A stretch of 64,000 bases of DNA, from positions 5,071,079 through 5,135,078 of the forward strand of contig OZ316898.1 in assembly GCA_973895155.1 (NCBI GenBank). Direction: 5' to 3'. Position numbers and translations under genes: made by a program. The notes beneath the pieces were generated by a model. That model was not told the origin of the DNA, ran no database searches, and was given only the letters and a program-made list of their open reading frames with translations. Every line of letters begins with the position of its first letter. The first letter of the stretch is position 1. Below are positions 62,882 to 64,000 of this stretch, piece after piece. This stretch comes from Marsupella aquatica. Lineage: Eukaryota; Plantae; Marchantiophyta.

Positions 62882-64000
62882 GATGGCAGAACTGCTAGAA
62901 ACGCCAGCCATGGAAGGAACGACGTCATACACAGAAGAAGAACATGCGGAAGGAATGGAAACAGAGGTGCAAGAAGTCCTCACGGACACGACTATTAACG
63001 ATCAAGGAGTCGTCGGGAAGCAGCCACCGATCACCGATAGTGTAGCAGGAGCGAAGACGGAAATGGGAGAGCAAGAACTCGAAATGGAGCCGGGGTCCGA
63101 GTGGTAGGATGTCGAAGCATAAAAGGAAGTGCCGATCAAGGTACCGGAAGCTCAGGTCGAGAGGTCGGAGGTGCTGTCGGTGGGGAACGAAGGACCGCAG
63201 GTAAAACGAAAATTTATGCTTGCAGATTGGCTGACCGAAACCGACCCAAAGGTGGAGATTGCGGCAGTCACAGCAGCCATACTTGAGGAATCGATGCCTC
63301 CCGACACGAAGAGAACTCGCCCGAACAAGGTGAAATTTATTAACGAGGAACGGCCCAAGAGGAGAGCGACCGATTCAGAGAAGAAGAAGGCCAAGATAAT
63401 TGAACCCAAGGAGGAAAAAGAAGAGAGTAGCTCAGCCAGCGAGGAAGAAGAGCTTGGCAACGAAATAGCAGTCCAGAAGAAGAAGTCAGTTGGATCGAGT
63501 AGAGCCCGTCCGAGGGAAGTTTTCCATGTGCTTAAATTCGAAAGGATGGAGCCCCATATCTTGAAGAACATGAGAGACCCAACTCACCGGAAGTTCTTAC
63601 GGTCGCAAGGATTAGAGGATTTCGTGAATTCGACGTGGAGTGTTCCAACTGAGCTACAAGCCGAGGACTACAGCAAATTCATCTCCATGTGGAGGCCCAC
63701 CGAGAACCAAGGGAGATGCAGGGGGCAAATCATCAAGACCGACCCTCGGACATTGCGTGAGTTATTCAATTTGCCAGAGCGAGGAGCGGAAATTAAGAAG
63801 CGGATGGGGAAGACCTAGCAGCCAGCCTCATTTCCACAGCACAAGGAGGTAGATGACACACGAGGCTATCAGACCAAACACTGCACTAATGAGAGAATCA
63901 AAGAAAGGTTAGAATTCGTTACCCATGCCCTGCATTGGAAACGACCTAGGTCAGAGTACCCACGATTCATGATAAAAATCGTGGAAGAAGGGAGTGGTAA
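62882..64000 (+). pseudogene. Downstream extra ORF of the Gypsy (Athila/Tat 3' ORF-like), partial, with two in-frame TAGs
   Basis: One frame from MAELLETP through stops at 63105 and 63816 to the window end. An acidic/basic N-terminus is followed by FLRSQGLEDFV..SKFISMW..CRGQIIKTDPRTLRELFNLP, which resembles plant-transposon accessory domains. Confidence 0.65.

Larger units (their letters stand above)
53916..64000 (+). mobile_element. Ty3/Gypsy non-chromoviral LTR retrotransposon (Athila/Tat/Phygy-like), running past the window end
   Basis: Domain order gag-PR-RT-RH-INT, PBS at 55908, no chromodomain seen. The left boundary at 53916 is inferred (alternative 54673). Confidence 0.9.

Overview
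Eukaryotic, intron-containing plant nuclear DNA, probably from a bryophyte/liverwort (inferred from a lineage-typical alpha/beta-hydrolase domain and a non-chromoviral Gypsy). Three intact host genes are on the + strand: a PHD/ELM2/CW chromatin reader (6604-~9919), RPF2 (22965-25033) and an ATM-type ABCB half-transporter (27736-35128). Between and after them lie: (i) a short non-autonomous Copia with a 5-bp TSD and a half-tRNA-Ile-type PBS (12844-15125); (ii) a 7.2-kb hAT DNA transposon (15415-22655) that carries a convergently oriented protein-kinase ORF as well as its transposase, with both ORFs preceded by mirror-image ~400-bp arms holding three copies of a ~40-bp motif, and with G-rich/TTTAGGG subterminal arrays; (iii) a hydrolase-domain locus resembling the N-terminus of liverwort hydrolase-NLRs; (iv) a minus-strand cluster of FCP1-like, F-box-like and Ulp1 protease remnants; (v) a large Gypsy element running off the right end, with an RPA-like OB-fold ORF apparently inside its long LTR and several extra ORFs. 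The strongest candidates for an undescribed system are the kinase-carrying hAT and the RPA-carrying Gypsy. All calls come from reading motifs by eye; no searches were run.
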